Of a stretch of 64,000 nucleotides of DNA, positions 27,790 through 40,949 are shown one piece after another. Under the pieces are notes generated by a model. The model searched no databases, was not told the origin of the DNA, and saw only the letters and a list, made by a program, of their open reading frames with translations. The stretch's first letter is position 1. Every line of letters begins with the position of its first letter. Location of the stretch: contig OX597818.1 in NCBI GenBank assembly GCA_951406725.2, forward strand, positions 136,834,001 to 136,898,000, read 5' to 3'. The DNA is from Octopus vulgaris (taxonomy: Eukaryota). Made by a program: the position numbers and the translations under genes.

Positions 27790-27792
<3 letters not shown>
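27600..27792 (-). mobile_element. Family D element, truncated, inside a TA-rich microsatellite
   Basis: D consensus with (CAT)n tail. Confidence 0.8.
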
Positions 27793-27843
<51 letters not shown>

Positions 27844-28384
27844 TAGATTAGCACATACCTGTATAAAGTGAAAATAGAAATTAACATATGCATACGTGCA
27901 GAGAGCGATATGTGCAAATATACACATGCATACATGTATGTATGCGTTTGTGTGTTTCAGTCTTCATGTATATTTATATATTTAAATATTATGGCCAGAA
28001 ATAGAATGACCACTTGTTTCACACCTATGAAGCACTTTTCAATATGGCCGAAAGCACACAACCTCTCCACAACTGGTTCCAGTTGTAGAGAGGTTATGCA
28101 CCTTCGGCCATGTGAGTCTCATAGATCATCTATACTGCTAAGCACTTTATAGGAGTGAAACCAATGGTCACTATGACCAGCCATGATATTTAACTTCCTA
28201 AAAAATATATTCTTTTCTACTCTAGGCACAAGGCCCGAAATTTTTGGGAGGGTGGGGTAGTTGATTAGATCGACCCCAGTATGTAACTGATACTTAATTT
28301 ATTGACTCCCGAAAGGATGTTCCTAAAAAATATATTACTGCTTTAATGCTTTATAGTGTGCTACATTTTCGGATGTATCTTTTC

Positions 28385-28775
28385 TCTTTTACTTGTTTCA
28401 GTCATTAGCCTGTGGCCATGCTGGAGTACCTCCTTGAAGAATTTTTTGTTGAATATATTAATGCCAATACTTATTTTCTTTAAAGCCTGGTGCTTATTCT
28501 ATTGGTGTCTTTACCTGAACTGCTAAGTTACAGGGACTTAAACACACTAACACCAGTTGTTAAGCAGTGGTAAGGAACAAACACAGACAGAAAGACACAC
28601 ACACACACACACACACATGTATATATGATGGGCTTCATCCAGTTTCTGTCTACCAATTCCACTCACAGGGTTTTGATCAGCCTGAGGCTATAGTAGAAGA
28701 CATTTGCCCAAGGTGCCAAGCAGTGGAGACAGAACACGAAACTATGAGGTTGGGAAGAAAGCTTCTTACCATATA
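28385..28775 (-). mobile_element. Older SINE family A copy
   Basis: Diverged A consensus. Confidence 0.75.
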
Positions 28776-29127
28776 AACAGGGTTGGGCAAAAGTCTACCG
28801 ACAGTAAATCAAAATTTCTCCCTCTTTCCATGCTTGCATGGGCCAGATGGAATTTCTTGAGGCAGATTTTCTAAGGCTGGATGCCTTTCCTGCTGGCAAC
28901 CCTCACTTGTTTACAAGCAAGGTAATCATTTCCCATAGCTAGACATGGAAGACTGGAAACTAACAAACCCTGCTTGAATGATGTTGATGCCATTATATAA
29001 TGTCTAGGCAACACACACACATACACACACACCAAATGTCTAGGCAACATGCATACACACACATGCATGCTTGCATACACACAAACACATACACAAACAC
29101 CGCAGGGTTCTTTCAGTTTCTTATGTG

Positions 29128-29343
29128 TTTATTGCCCACAAAGTGCTAAACATAGAGAGGACAAACAAGGGGGTTAAGTCGATTACATCGACCGCAGTGC
29201 GTAACTGGTACTTAATTTATCGACCCCGAAAGGATGAAAGGCAAAGTCGACCTTGGTGGAAGTTGAAATCAGAACGTGACGGCAGACGAAATACCGCTAA
29301 GCATTTCGCCCAGCATGCTAACGTTTCTGCCAGCTCACTGCCG
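29128..29343 (-). mobile_element. SINE family B
   Basis: Reverse complement of B. GGGTTCTTTCAGTTTCT is duplicated at 29106 and 29343. Confidence 0.8.
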
Positions 29344-29956
29344 GGTTCTTTCAGTTTCTGTCCACCAAATATAATGTCTAGGCAACATGCACACACACAG
29401 ACACAAGCATGTACACACAAACACACACACACATACAGAGCAGGTTTTTTCTCAATTTCTGTCCACCAAATCCACTCACACTGCTTTAGTTGACCCTCAG
29501 ATATAGTAGAAGACGCTTGCCCTGGGTGCCGTACAGTGAGACTGAACTCAAAGCCACATGGTTAGGAGGCAAGAATGTTAACCATAGCCCCTACACACAG
29601 ACACACAGCAAGGATTATAAATTACTGTATAATTGCATGTGGGGACTAGCTTACAAGAATAGTAACAAAACACACCTTAACACATCTACATACGTAAACA
29701 TGCTTAGTGTATTATTTATGTAGAGATAAAAAGGTAGATACACTTACACACACACACATTCAATTATACACACACTATATATACATGAGCAGCCTAATAT
29801 GTGGATAACGTATATAAATTAGCAGATATGTATATGCACAGAAATAGGTGTGTCTACACACAGGTGCACACAAATATATCTACCACACACATACATGTTT
29901 GTTCATGTGTATATAAATGCAAACACAAACATTGCCATACATATGGGTGTGTGCAC

Positions 29957-29988
<32 letters not shown>

Positions 29989-30146
29989 TGCATTTGTGCT
30001 TAGACATATAAGAAACAATGTGCAGACATACACACATTCTGTAAAATTATGTTTTGAGGAAAACCTGAAAATAGCAATATTGCAACATACACTGAAGCAT
30101 TAATATTATGGAGTAGATTATGAAAAAGGAGAAGGTATATGCATAT

Positions 30147-30351
30147 TACTCCTTTTACTGTTTTACTTGTTTCAGTCATTTGACTGCGGCCATGCTGGAG
30201 CACCGACTTTAGTCGAGCAAATCGACCCCAGGACTTATTCTTTGAAAGCTTAGTACTTATTCTATCGGTCTCTTTTGCAGAACCGCTAAGTGACGGGGAC
30301 ATAAACACACCACCATCGGTTGTCAAGTGATGTTGGAGGGACAAACACAAA

Positions 30352-30399
<48 letters not shown>

Positions 30400-30573
30400 C
30401 ACATATACATGACAGGCTTCTTTCAGTTTCCATCTACCAAATCCACTCACAAGGCTTTGGTCGGCCCGAGGCTATAGTAGAAGACATTTGCCCAAAGTGC
30501 CATGCAGTGGGACTGAACCCGGAACCATGTGGTTGGTAAGTAAGCTACTTACCACACAGCCACTCCTGCGCCT
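30147..30573 (-). mobile_element. SINE family A, full length
   Basis: Reverse complement of the A consensus. Confidence 0.9.
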
Positions 30574-30891
30574 ATATATGTGTGTGCATGTACACACACA
30601 CACATACACACATGCACTATGATGGGTGGGATATTCAGTCGTGCTTATACAGAGAGAAAAATAAAAATTAGGAGCAATATCCTAATCAATATTCTAGTAA
30701 AATAGGAATTATAGCCTCACATTCACAAGCAGCAGTGGGGGCTAATTTATTGTTAGGTGCTACAGAGATCGGCATAACTGGATACTATGTTCAGCTTGTC
30801 TGGGCACAGAATGGGTTGTATTGTTTTTATAGTGGTTCATTGCAAACCTAGGTTAATGTAGTATTTAATACTGTCTCAAACTTCCCTGGCA

Positions 30892-30928
<37 letters not shown>

Positions 30929-30965
30929 AGAAACAAAGAGAGAGAGGGTGTGTGTGTGTGTGAAA

Positions 30966-31207
30966 GGTAGGAGAGTCCAGTTTGCTGGACATTGTTGTAG
31001 AGCTGAAAACGAGGCTATTTCTACTCTTCTCCTCTGGAAGCCAGTTACTCGCAATACCAGAGTACGCACACTCTCCTACCCAGATGTAATCTCCAGGGAT
31101 ACAGGCATCCAGCAACAGGACCTCCGTAATGCCATGATGGACCGTGAAGTCTGGTGTAGCATGGTAAATTCCATTGTCTCGACCACGGTCGAACAATGAT
31201 GATGATG
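30966..31207 (+). mobile_element. RTE-clade LINE 3' fragment
   Basis: RRVQFAGHCCRA...LLLWKP...LSYPDVISRDTG...AMMDREVW-stop followed by a (GAT)n tail. Confidence 0.75.
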
Positions 31208-31422
31208 TGTGTGTGTGTGTGTGTGTGAAGGCCAATATTCCATTAATATTTACGTAAGTGTATAGTAGACGCGTATGGTCCGAATCAATAGTTTAACTAA
31301 GTGATCCAATACAAACGAACATGAATAATCCACCACTCAGACGGACATATTGTACCATAGGAAGCAAAACAGATTACTTTTAGGAAAAGGCAAAAAAAAA
31401 AAAAATTTCAGTTTTTATATAT

Positions 31423-32000
31423 AGATGCTGATGTGGCTGTGTGGTAAGTAGCTTGTTTACCAACCACATGGTCCCGGGTTTAGTACAACTGCGTGGCACC
31501 TTGGGCAAGTGTCTTCTACTATAGCCTCGGGCCGACCAAAGCCTTGTGAGTGGATTTGGTAGACGGAAACTGAAAGAAGCCTGTCATATATATGTGTATA
31601 TATATATATGCGTGTGTGTGTTTGTGTGTCTGTGTTTGTCCTCCTAGCATTGCTTGACAACCGATGCTGGTGTGTTTATGTCCCCGTTACTTAGCGGTTC
31701 GGCAAAAGAGACCAATAGAATAAGTACTGGGCTTACAAAAGAATAAGTTCCGGGGTCGAGTTGCTCGATTAAAGGCGGTGCTCCAGCATGGCCGCAGTCA
31801 GATGACTGAAACAAGTAAAAGAGAGAGAAAGAGAGATGCTGATGTGGCTGTGTGGTTGAGATGCTTGCTTCTAAAGTTATGTGGCCTCGAGCTCAGGCTC
31901 ACTGCATGGCATATTGGGCGAGTGTCCTCTACTGTAGAGCCCACCACTGACCAAGGCCTTGTGAATGGATTTGATAAACTGAAACTGAAAGAAGCCCAAT
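31423..32000 (+). mobile_element. Young SINE A inserted in the head of an older A-like copy
   Basis: 23-bp direct repeat AGATGCTGATGTGGCTGTGTGGT at 31423-31445 and 31834-31856. Confidence 0.85.
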
Positions 32001-32004
32001 CATA

Positions 32005-32260
32005 CTTTGATACTGTCAGGACTGAGAACCCTGTTTACAAGCAACTGTAACCCGGCCAAAACCGGCTCTGGCTCTGTGGTAAAATGTCTTGTTTTCATAA
32101 ATTTTGGATTAAAATCTTCCACCAAACCTTAGTCACAATTTACATTCCTAACACTAGCTGAATGATAACTAAGTTATTTTACTAAATTCTTTGTTATATT
32201 TAAAATCAATTGAAAGAAACACAGAGCATCTCAAAATAAATACAGTAACGAAAGGGTTAA
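32005..32260. mobile_element. piggyBac-type MITE
   Basis: Ends GAAAGGG-TTAA; related remnants at 45835-46348 and 60390-60480. Confidence 0.6.
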
Positions 32261-32679
32261 ATAAAGTGTTAAACAGTTGTCGTATGCAAATTAGTAGCTC
32301 CAATTTTCTGTAAATTTGAATACATGGCTTGATAAGCAATCAGTTTAATGTCTTAACTCTGGGCTTTTCAAAGTGGAAAAGTACCTATATAAAATCTTAT
32401 ATTAATACTAGAGGGAGAGAGAGAGAGGGAGAGAGGGAGAGATAGAGAGAGAGAAAGAGAGTGTGTGTGTGTGTTCATGTGTAATAAACTACCCTAATTT
32501 TTACATAATTTTGGCCTTCTTACCAAAATTTGACACCAATATTACCAGCAAATTTGGGGAGAGGGTAAGTCAATTACATCAATCCCAGTGATCAATTGAT
32601 GTTTTTTTTATTGACCCCCCCCCTAAAGGATGAAAGGTAAAGTCAACTTTGGCAGAATTTGAACTCAGAACGTAAATAA

Positions 32680-32855
32680 AGTTCTATATTTCAGAGATGA
32701 GGAATTATGTACATTATTTACAATTGACGGATATTTCTCCTCATCTTGTTTGTTGTTAACAAAATGTTTCGGCTGATATACCCTCCAGCCTTCATCAGGT
32801 GTCTTGGGGAAATTTCTAACCTGGGTTCTCATTCCTAAAGTATTTTTCAATGTTG

Positions 32856-32909
<54 letters not shown>

Positions 32910-32980
32910 TCACTGCCTGGAATCGAACTCGGAATCTTGGGATTAGTATCCTGCGCTCTTAACCACTACGCCATATGCCC
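32680..32980 (-). mobile_element. tRNA-headed short element carrying a hammerhead motif, nested in an old B SINE
   Basis: Minus strand: A box TGGCGTAGTGG (32963-32973), B box GAGTTCGATTCC (32919-32930), (AAT)n, then the hammerhead. B SINE sequence lies on both sides (32535-32677 and 32981-33010). Confidence 0.75.
32757..32803 (-). ncRNA. Minimal type I hammerhead motif (decayed stems III and I)
   Basis: GACAC-CTGATGA-A-GGCTG-GAGGGTATAT-CAGCC-GAAA-CATT-TTGTT. Canonical core and 5-bp stem II; stem III is one change from palindromic AACGTT. Confidence 0.65.
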
Positions 32981-33652
32981 AGATGAAATACCACTAAGCA
33001 TTTTACCCCAGGTTGGCTGGTAATATTAATGGTCAGAATGTTGTTTTGACATTCCATATAATCAGGAAATGAATTCTATGCCAGGAGTCTTTTAATGCTA
33101 ATCATCTTGTTGGCAGCCTTTTTGGGTTGCATTTAATTTTGTTGAATTGTAGTAAGGAGACACTGGAAAAAGTATCTCTCTCTCTCTCTACATACACATA
33201 TAGATACATATACCCACACACACTCTTCCTCTCTATCTCTCTTTTTCTCTTTGTTTCTCAATCATCTCTTTTACTTTACGAAGGATTAATATCCAAAACA
33301 TCAGAAACACTCTTTTCTTTCATGCCTAGAACTAATACTTTATCTAATATATTATGCTTTGTTTTTTAACCATATTCATTCTTTTTCTTTACACTATACA
33401 TATAAAACATCCTTGTTCAACATCCACTATTCTATGTTTGCATGGCTCATACAAGATTTGTCAAGGAACATTTTCTATGGCTGGATGCTCTTCCTGTCAC
33501 CAATCTTCACCAAGAAACAGTAAAATGGCAAAACAGAAGACTGCAATTAAATGACACCACCTGTACAACAATCATGTTTCTTTACATTTAGTGTACAATG
33601 TCAATGAGACACAAACAATAGGTAAAGAAAACGTTTATGTAATATCTATATA

Positions 33653-34000
33653 TGAGGTGCAATGGCCCAGTGGTTAGGGCAGCGGACTTGCGGTCATAGG
33701 ATCACAGTTTCGATTACCAGGCCGGGCGTTGTGAGTGTTTATTGAGCGAAAAAAACCTAAAGATCCTGTACTCTTTCACCACAACTTTCTCTGACTCTTA
33801 CTTCCTGTTTCTGTTGTGCCTGCAATTCAAAGGGCCAGCCTTGTCACACTCTGTGTCACGCTGAATATCCCTGAGAACTACATTAAGGGTACATGTGTCT
33901 GTGGAGTGCTCAGTCAGCTGCACGTTAATTTCACGAGCAGGCTGTTCCATTGATCGGATCAACTGGAACCCTCGTCATCGTAAGCGATGGAGTGCCAACA
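33653..34000 (+). mobile_element. SINE family C with internal deletion
   Basis: Matches 40950-41331. Confidence 0.85.
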
Positions 34001-34039
34001 ATATGCAAGTATAATACAACTGTACTAGAGAGAGTTAAT

Positions 34040-34345
34040 ATGTCAAGCATGTATGCTCTCCTAAGTAAATTCCAGTTGCAGTGAAGTGGACATGTAGCGT
34101 GCACATCTGACTCTAGATTTCCTAAAGAGAATTATTTTGGTAAACTAACAGTAGGCTCTTGGTCACGTGGTGGGCCAAAGAGAAGATACATAGACACTCT
34201 GAAGACAAATTTGAAGAAGTGTAACTTACAGCAGCCCAATTAGGAACATCTTGCTCAAGATCACTCACTGTAGAATAGTGCTGTGTAGTCTGGATTACAG
34301 TACTCAGAATCGGAAATGGTTAGCGAAACTAAACAGAGGAGGGTT
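34040..34345 (+). mobile_element. RTE LINE ORF C-terminal remnant
   Basis: Reads LQ*SGHVA..SDSRFPKENYFGKL..GSWSRGGPKRRYIDTLKTNLKKC. Confidence 0.65.
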
Positions 34346-34415
34346 GCATAGAAAGCAAGAGTCCCACTGGGTCCTGATCTTGATACTATGCGTCCCAAAT
34401 ATATATATGTGTGAA

Positions 34416-34620
34416 AGGGTGGCAAGCTGGCAGAAACGTTAGCATGCCGGGCGAAATGCGTTGCCGTATTTCGTCTGCCGTTACGTTCAGAGTTCAAATT
34501 CTGCCGAGGTCGATAAATTAAGTACCAGTTACGCACTGGGGTCGATGTAATCGACTTAATCCATTTGTCTGTCCTTGTTTGTCTCCTCTGTGTTTAGTCC
34601 CTTGTGGGTAGTAAAGAAAT
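34416..34620 (+). mobile_element. SINE family B with internal deletion
   Basis: B consensus lacking the block between the two GGTCGA motifs. Confidence 0.8.
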
Positions 34621-35054
34621 ATATATATATGTGAATTTTATGCCAATATTGGCCAAAGAAGTCAACTCTGGATCCACAAAGATTAAAATTGCAAATCTGG
34701 TCATCTTCAGAGACATGAAGGACGAATGTCACATACATACCCATTGAATCCTGCCAAATCCCCTTACCTATACCAGCATGGAACATGGACATTAAATGAT
34801 CTGCGTTGCCTTAATGGCACTTGTGCCGGTGGCACATGAACAAAACATTCAAGCGAGGTCGTTGCCAGTGCTGGTGGCACATAAAAGCACCGACTACACT
34901 CTCAGAGTGGTTGGTGTTAGGAAGGGCATCCAGCTGTAGAAACTCTGCCAGATCGGATTGGAGCCTAGTGCAGCCATCTGGTTCGCCAGTCCTCAGTCAA
35001 ATCGTTCAACCCATGGTAGCATGGAAAGCGGACATTAAACAATGATGATGATGA

Positions 35055-35116
<62 letters not shown>

Positions 35117-36109
35117 GATGTAGATATGGCTGTGTGGTAGGAAGTTTGCTCCAGGTTCAGTACCACTGTATGGCACCTTGGGCAAGTACCATCTTGAGTT
35201 GATCACTGTATTGTGAGTGGATTTGGTAGATGAAAGCTGAAAGAAACCTGTTGTGTATGTGTGTGTGAGTGTGTCTGTGAGTGTGTGTGTGTTTATGTGT
35301 GTGTGTCTTTGTGTCTGTGTTTGTCCCACGCTATCACTTGACAACTGGTGTTATGTGTGTACATCCTCATAACTTAGCAGTTCAGTGAAAGTGATCGATG
35401 GAATAAGTACCAGGCTTTAAAAAAAAGTTATAAGTACTGGAAGTGATTCATTCAACAAAAATTCTTCGAGGTGGTACCACCAGCATAATTGCCGCTAATA
35501 ACAGAAATAAGCAAAAACTAAAACATACACACACACACTACCTAACCAATTCCACTGAACACAGAAGGCAAACATGTCACAAGTAAATAGTCTCCATATA
35601 TGAAAAATACCTTACAAAAACATATGAGTTGGTACAAGGGAGAAGTACAGGCAGACACCTCAATGTCTTTAGAACAACATCAACGTTGCTGCCTCTATCT
35701 TAGAGAAAAAAAAAATCAACAGAAACATAAACAGATAGAATTAAATTATTATAATTCTCACAAGCGTTTTTTCTTGTAGTTTTAGTTGTTGTTGTTGTCA
35801 TTTTACTTGTATCTATTTATTGTTTTTATTTATTTTTTCCGTGCCGTTCGTTGAGGAACTCACAATCATGCCATATAATTAACCCCAGGGATGAATGTAT
35901 GGAGGAAATAGTCATAGGATATCGCAGAGATGATGATGATGAGGGGGATGACGATGATGATGGTGGTGTTCATGGTGGTGGTGGTGGTGTTGGTGATTAT
36001 GAATCTTGGCACCATTTCACATGTGATCTAACACACTCATACACACACGCATACACATAGACACAAAAGAATGCACACATACAAACACACAAATATATAT
36101 GTACACACA

Positions 36110-36166
<57 letters not shown>

Positions 36167-36355
36167 TACAAACAGTAAATTAATGATTTAGTCAACAAAG
36201 AACCCATCCTGTAATTTAAAACGGTTAAATCACTTCTCACACTCAGCTGCCGAATTCTATCATTTTTTTATTTATTTATTTATCTATTTGCATAGAAACA
36301 CCTAATTTACAGCACACACACGCACACACACGCATGCACACACACACACACACAT

Positions 36356-36424
<69 letters not shown>

Positions 36425-36782
36425 CACACACACGCATGCACACACACACACACACATGCACACACACACACACACACACACGCTGCCATCTCATTTTCTC
36501 TGTTTGCATGTGGTAGACGGATTAGCGTGGCATCATCCAGTAGAGACTGCTAAATACCCCACCACCACCACCACACACACAGACATATATATATATATAT
36601 ATATTTTATAAAATAACTGAGGAGTAATTTAGAACATCCAACAGGTGTGGTAAAGGTTCACATACCAGAACTTGTTTAACTGGAGCAAACACAGTTGATA
36701 TTACATCACACATCAGCTTTCTTGAAGTCTATTGCTCTTTTCGACTGATGTACATATTTGAATACACCCACACCCACATATA

Positions 36783-36821
<39 letters not shown>

Positions 36822-37554
36822 CACTCAGGCTCAGACAGGGTCTCAGTGACCTTCAACAAGATCATAGTACTCTCAAATGAGGTCTTCATTTGGGCTCTTT
36901 CCTCTTCATGGAGCAGATCAGATCAAAAAGATAATGGGGTGATGATAAATGGCCCCTATGCCAGTGGCACGTAAAAGCACCCACTACACTCTTGGAGTGG
37001 TTGGCATTAGGAAGGGCATCCAGCTGTAGAAACTCTGCCAGATCAAGACTGGAGCCTGGGTGCAGCCATCTGGTTCGCCAGCCCACAGTCAAACCGTCCA
37101 ACCCATGCTAGCATGGAAAGCGGATGTTAAACGACGACGATGATGATGATGATGATGATGAAGAAGTGTAGTACCCTTGACTCTTTACAGAATCTCTGAA
37201 ATTGGTGGTGGGGGAGAGATGGAAGTTATTCTTAGACCATGCACTCGGACCAAATTCTGGAAACAGAGAACCGAGAATCAGGTACTGATGTTAAACTGGA
37301 CAATGCTTCTTATATCAGTTTAGCAGTGGAAGCAAACCACACCAAAGCCATCCATTGCAATCAAGTATTATCTGGTAGCATGTTAGCATGTATTATACTT
37401 TCAATAATTGCTTTAGGAACCTACATAGTCGCTAGTAGACACAGACGTCTGCTCATCCAGCTTGAGTCAGCAGATCATTTGACGATGTGACAGATGGAGG
37501 AACAGAGGGTTGCACCAGCACTCAGACGAGGACATCGAAAATTTGGTAAAATCA

Positions 37555-38630
37555 ATTGTGGCCTGAGATGGATAGACTGTGGTCCAGGTACATATAGACC
37601 ACACTGGGCCAGTGAATGGCATGTACTACTTGATCACTGTTGATAGCATTACCAAGTGGTCAAAAGTATGTGGATGCAGTCAACCTATATCGAAGGCAAC
37701 AAGAAAGTTCCTGCACAAACTTTTTGCTAAATACAGTGTTCCTGAGATCATATTATCGGACAATGGAACACCGTTTACAGGATACGAGTTCAAGAAATTC
37801 TGCAAAATGCATGCAATCAAGCACATGTTTACCCTGCCCAACCACCCAAGGTCAAATGGGCAAGGAAGATGATCCGTAGATACTTTCAAGCAAGCACTAA
37901 AAAAAGCAAGGAACAAGTTAGGAAATGATGAAGTGCTAACTAAATTCTTAAGGGTAATGCTTAAAGGTACAGAGTAATGCCCAATCTGAATACCAGTTCA
38001 GGTGAGTCACCTGCAGAGCTAATGTTCACTTGAAAGATTAAATCGATCTTTGACAAATTGTTGCTGAAGGAAAAAACGTATAGAGAAAATACAAAATATT
38101 CAACTAAACATTTTGATGTCGAAGACAAAGTCCATTTCAAAATATACAATGATGGTAAAGAGACTTGGCTGAATGGAATAGTGACTAAAAGAATTGGAAA
38201 CATGATATATTTAATAAAAGGCCAATGATGGGAGCATAAATAACACCTAAACCAATTAAAAATCAGACATACAGAAGAAAGGAAGGAAACTCCAATGGGA
38301 GTGTTTTACAACATGTTTGATGTGCCAGCACCAAAAGAGACCAAGCCTAGAAGGAGCAGTAACAGGAAACGTAAACAGACTGAACATTTAAAAATAATTC
38401 CTAAGCAGAAAAGGTACTGAGCTCCCTAAGGAAGCAAAATTTCAAAAAGGGAGAGGTGTTGGAAAGAAAGAAAAACAAAATTTTTGTTTCCTATGGAAGT
38501 TGAAATCTCAAAAGGCGATATGTTGTAGCAAGAATAGACTTGACTGAACAGCTATAAATAGTAGTGGTCTGAGTGAGAGAGAGAGAGTAGACGTTAATCG
38601 CAGGAAATCGTAAGGTGTTGCTTTGGTAGT
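37555..38630 (+). mobile_element. Decayed Gypsy LTR retrotransposon, 3' half (integrase, PPT, LTR start)
   Basis: ORF 37579-37872 VHIDHTGP...LITVDSITKW...VPEIILSDNGTPF...HPRSNGQ is an rve integrase core, continuing with SPAELMF. PPT AAAAAGGGAGAGG at 38444-38456 is followed by TGTTG. Confidence 0.9.
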
Positions 38631-38634
38631 TTAT

Positions 38635-38693
<59 letters not shown>

Positions 38694-38738
38694 CGTGTGT
38701 GTGTGTGTGTGTGTGTGTGTATGTATATATATATAAAA

Positions 38739-38781
<43 letters not shown>

Positions 38782-40949
38782 TGTAGTCATTTTAGCATCC
38801 AATTTTCCATTTCTGGACAGAACAAATGGAATTTGTTCCAGAGACAGATTATTTATAGCCAGATATCCTTCCTGTTGCCAACCATTGCCTATTTCCAAGC
38901 AAAAACTTGCCCCATGGCTGGAGAAGTTTTTGCAGAAGTTTGAAAACAAAGGATTCCAAATGTGTGATGGTTGTACTTGTTTCCAACTATCATGCAATAT
39001 CAATACAAGGAGTAGTTGTATATACATGCACGTGTGAGTGAGTGCACATGTGTGTGTGAATATATATATGTGTGTGTAAAAAGATTTGGTGTGGGTACTG
39101 GTGCCACATAAAAAGCACTGGTGATGGTGACGTGTAAAAAGCACCCAGTATACTCTGTAAAAGTGGTTGGCATTAGGAAGGTCATCAAGCTGTAGAAACC
39201 AAGCCAAAACACTATGGAAGCTGGTGTAGCCCCTGGCCTTGCCAGTTCCTCTCAAGTTGTCCAAAGCATGCCAGCATGGAAAATGGGTGTTAAATGTTAA
39301 TGAAAATGATGTTATATATTTACACACACACACACACATACAAGCTTCTTCCAGTTTGTGCCTATTAAATTCATTCACAAATTTTGGTCAAGCCAAGACT
39401 AGATAGCAGAAGACTTTTGCCCAAGATGCCAAGCATTGGAACTGAACCTGTAACCACAATGTTGTGAAGTGAAATCCTGAACCATACAGCCATGTTGGCA
39501 TCTATCTCTATCTCAGAGCGAAAACTCTTGAAAGAAAACACCAAGTGATACCAAACTATCTTAAGCATGTCTAGGAAACATCATTCATTTCACCAGGATC
39601 CTCACAATGAGTACATGTGTGTGTGTGTGTTACTAACTCACTATCTCTATACTATTTCTTCACCATAGTAATCCTAAACAGTCATTTAAACAGATGGCAG
39701 TTAGTTTGTTGAAGTTTACCTGTTGCAGACTGCATAATACACAACTGATCTCTGCCCTAACTATATTTATAACAATAACAACAGTTTTCTATTGATGAGA
39801 GAAATAAAAGCTGCTAGGGGAGGATCTGAAGTGCAAAGCTGATATGAAAAAAAAAAATGAGGTCATTGTTTTCTTTAGTATGTGTATGTGTGGGTGGGAT
39901 GACGAAGAATTTGGCTAACTTAATTGGAAAGTATCCAAATCAACTAGAACACTCAATGAAATTGGCAGTTGATGTCTAAAAATTAATATAGGTTATGAAT
40001 AAAATAATAATTTCAAAGATAGGTCCAAGTGGCAGGCATGGCTGGGTAGTTTAGAAGTTCACTTTGCAACCAGGCAGTTTCAGGTTTGGTTCCACTGTAT
40101 GGCATCTTGGATAACTGTCTTCTGCTGCAGCCTCAGGTTGACTAATGCTTAAAGCAGTAAACTGGAATAGTTGATAGAGTATTTCTAACTTTCCATGCTC
40201 TGAGTTCAAATCCCACCAAAGTCAACTTTGTCTTCTATTTTTTGGTGGTGGTGGTGGGGGGGGGGGGTTTACCAAAAAATACCAATCTAGGGTTGAGGAT
40301 TAGTGAAACTTGAACAGCATTGGATGAGGTGGTTTGTAAGTATGCAACTCTGGCCTCTTGTGTTCTGACAGCAAATGTATTGGCCTTGAAGTGGAAACCG
40401 TTTCCCTAAATAATGTCAGTGCTATTGAGAGGGAAGGTCTGTATGCTTGGGCAACTGTTACTCTTCTACAGAAAAACCTTACTCGGGCCTTCACATATAA
40501 GATAAACATTCAATTCTCACTGATGAAGGCCTCTTGATAAATACCTTGTGAGTGAAACAGGTAATGGGAAACAGTACAAAAGCCTATTGTGTGTGTGTGT
40601 GAGTGTATTTGCATGGGTTTATGTGTACATGTATGTGTGTCTAGATATCAGTCTTTATGTTGACACTATTGAAAATTGCTGTATTTCTTTATGGCCAGGG
40701 ACTTGTTTATACTCCATAACCTAGCAGTTCAACAAACAGAGAAGAATAAGTACCAGACTTTAAAATGGAAAAAAGTACAAGGGTTGATATGATTGACTAA
40801 CCCTCTTGAAATGGTTGCAATCTGATGACTGAAACAAGTAAAAGCATTAAGTCAGAAATTGTTTTAAGGGCCTTAAATTGTACCCTAAATTGAGCCCTCT
40901 CTTGACTTGTATTTTATGTTATAAGATACAACTGTTAGTTCAATATTTC

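Noticed and set aside
35851-36060. His-rich or Asp/Gly-rich exon next to a minus-strand GTGAGT donor
   Set aside because: All minus-strand frames are interrupted by stops, the content is trinucleotide repeat, and no acceptor is supported.
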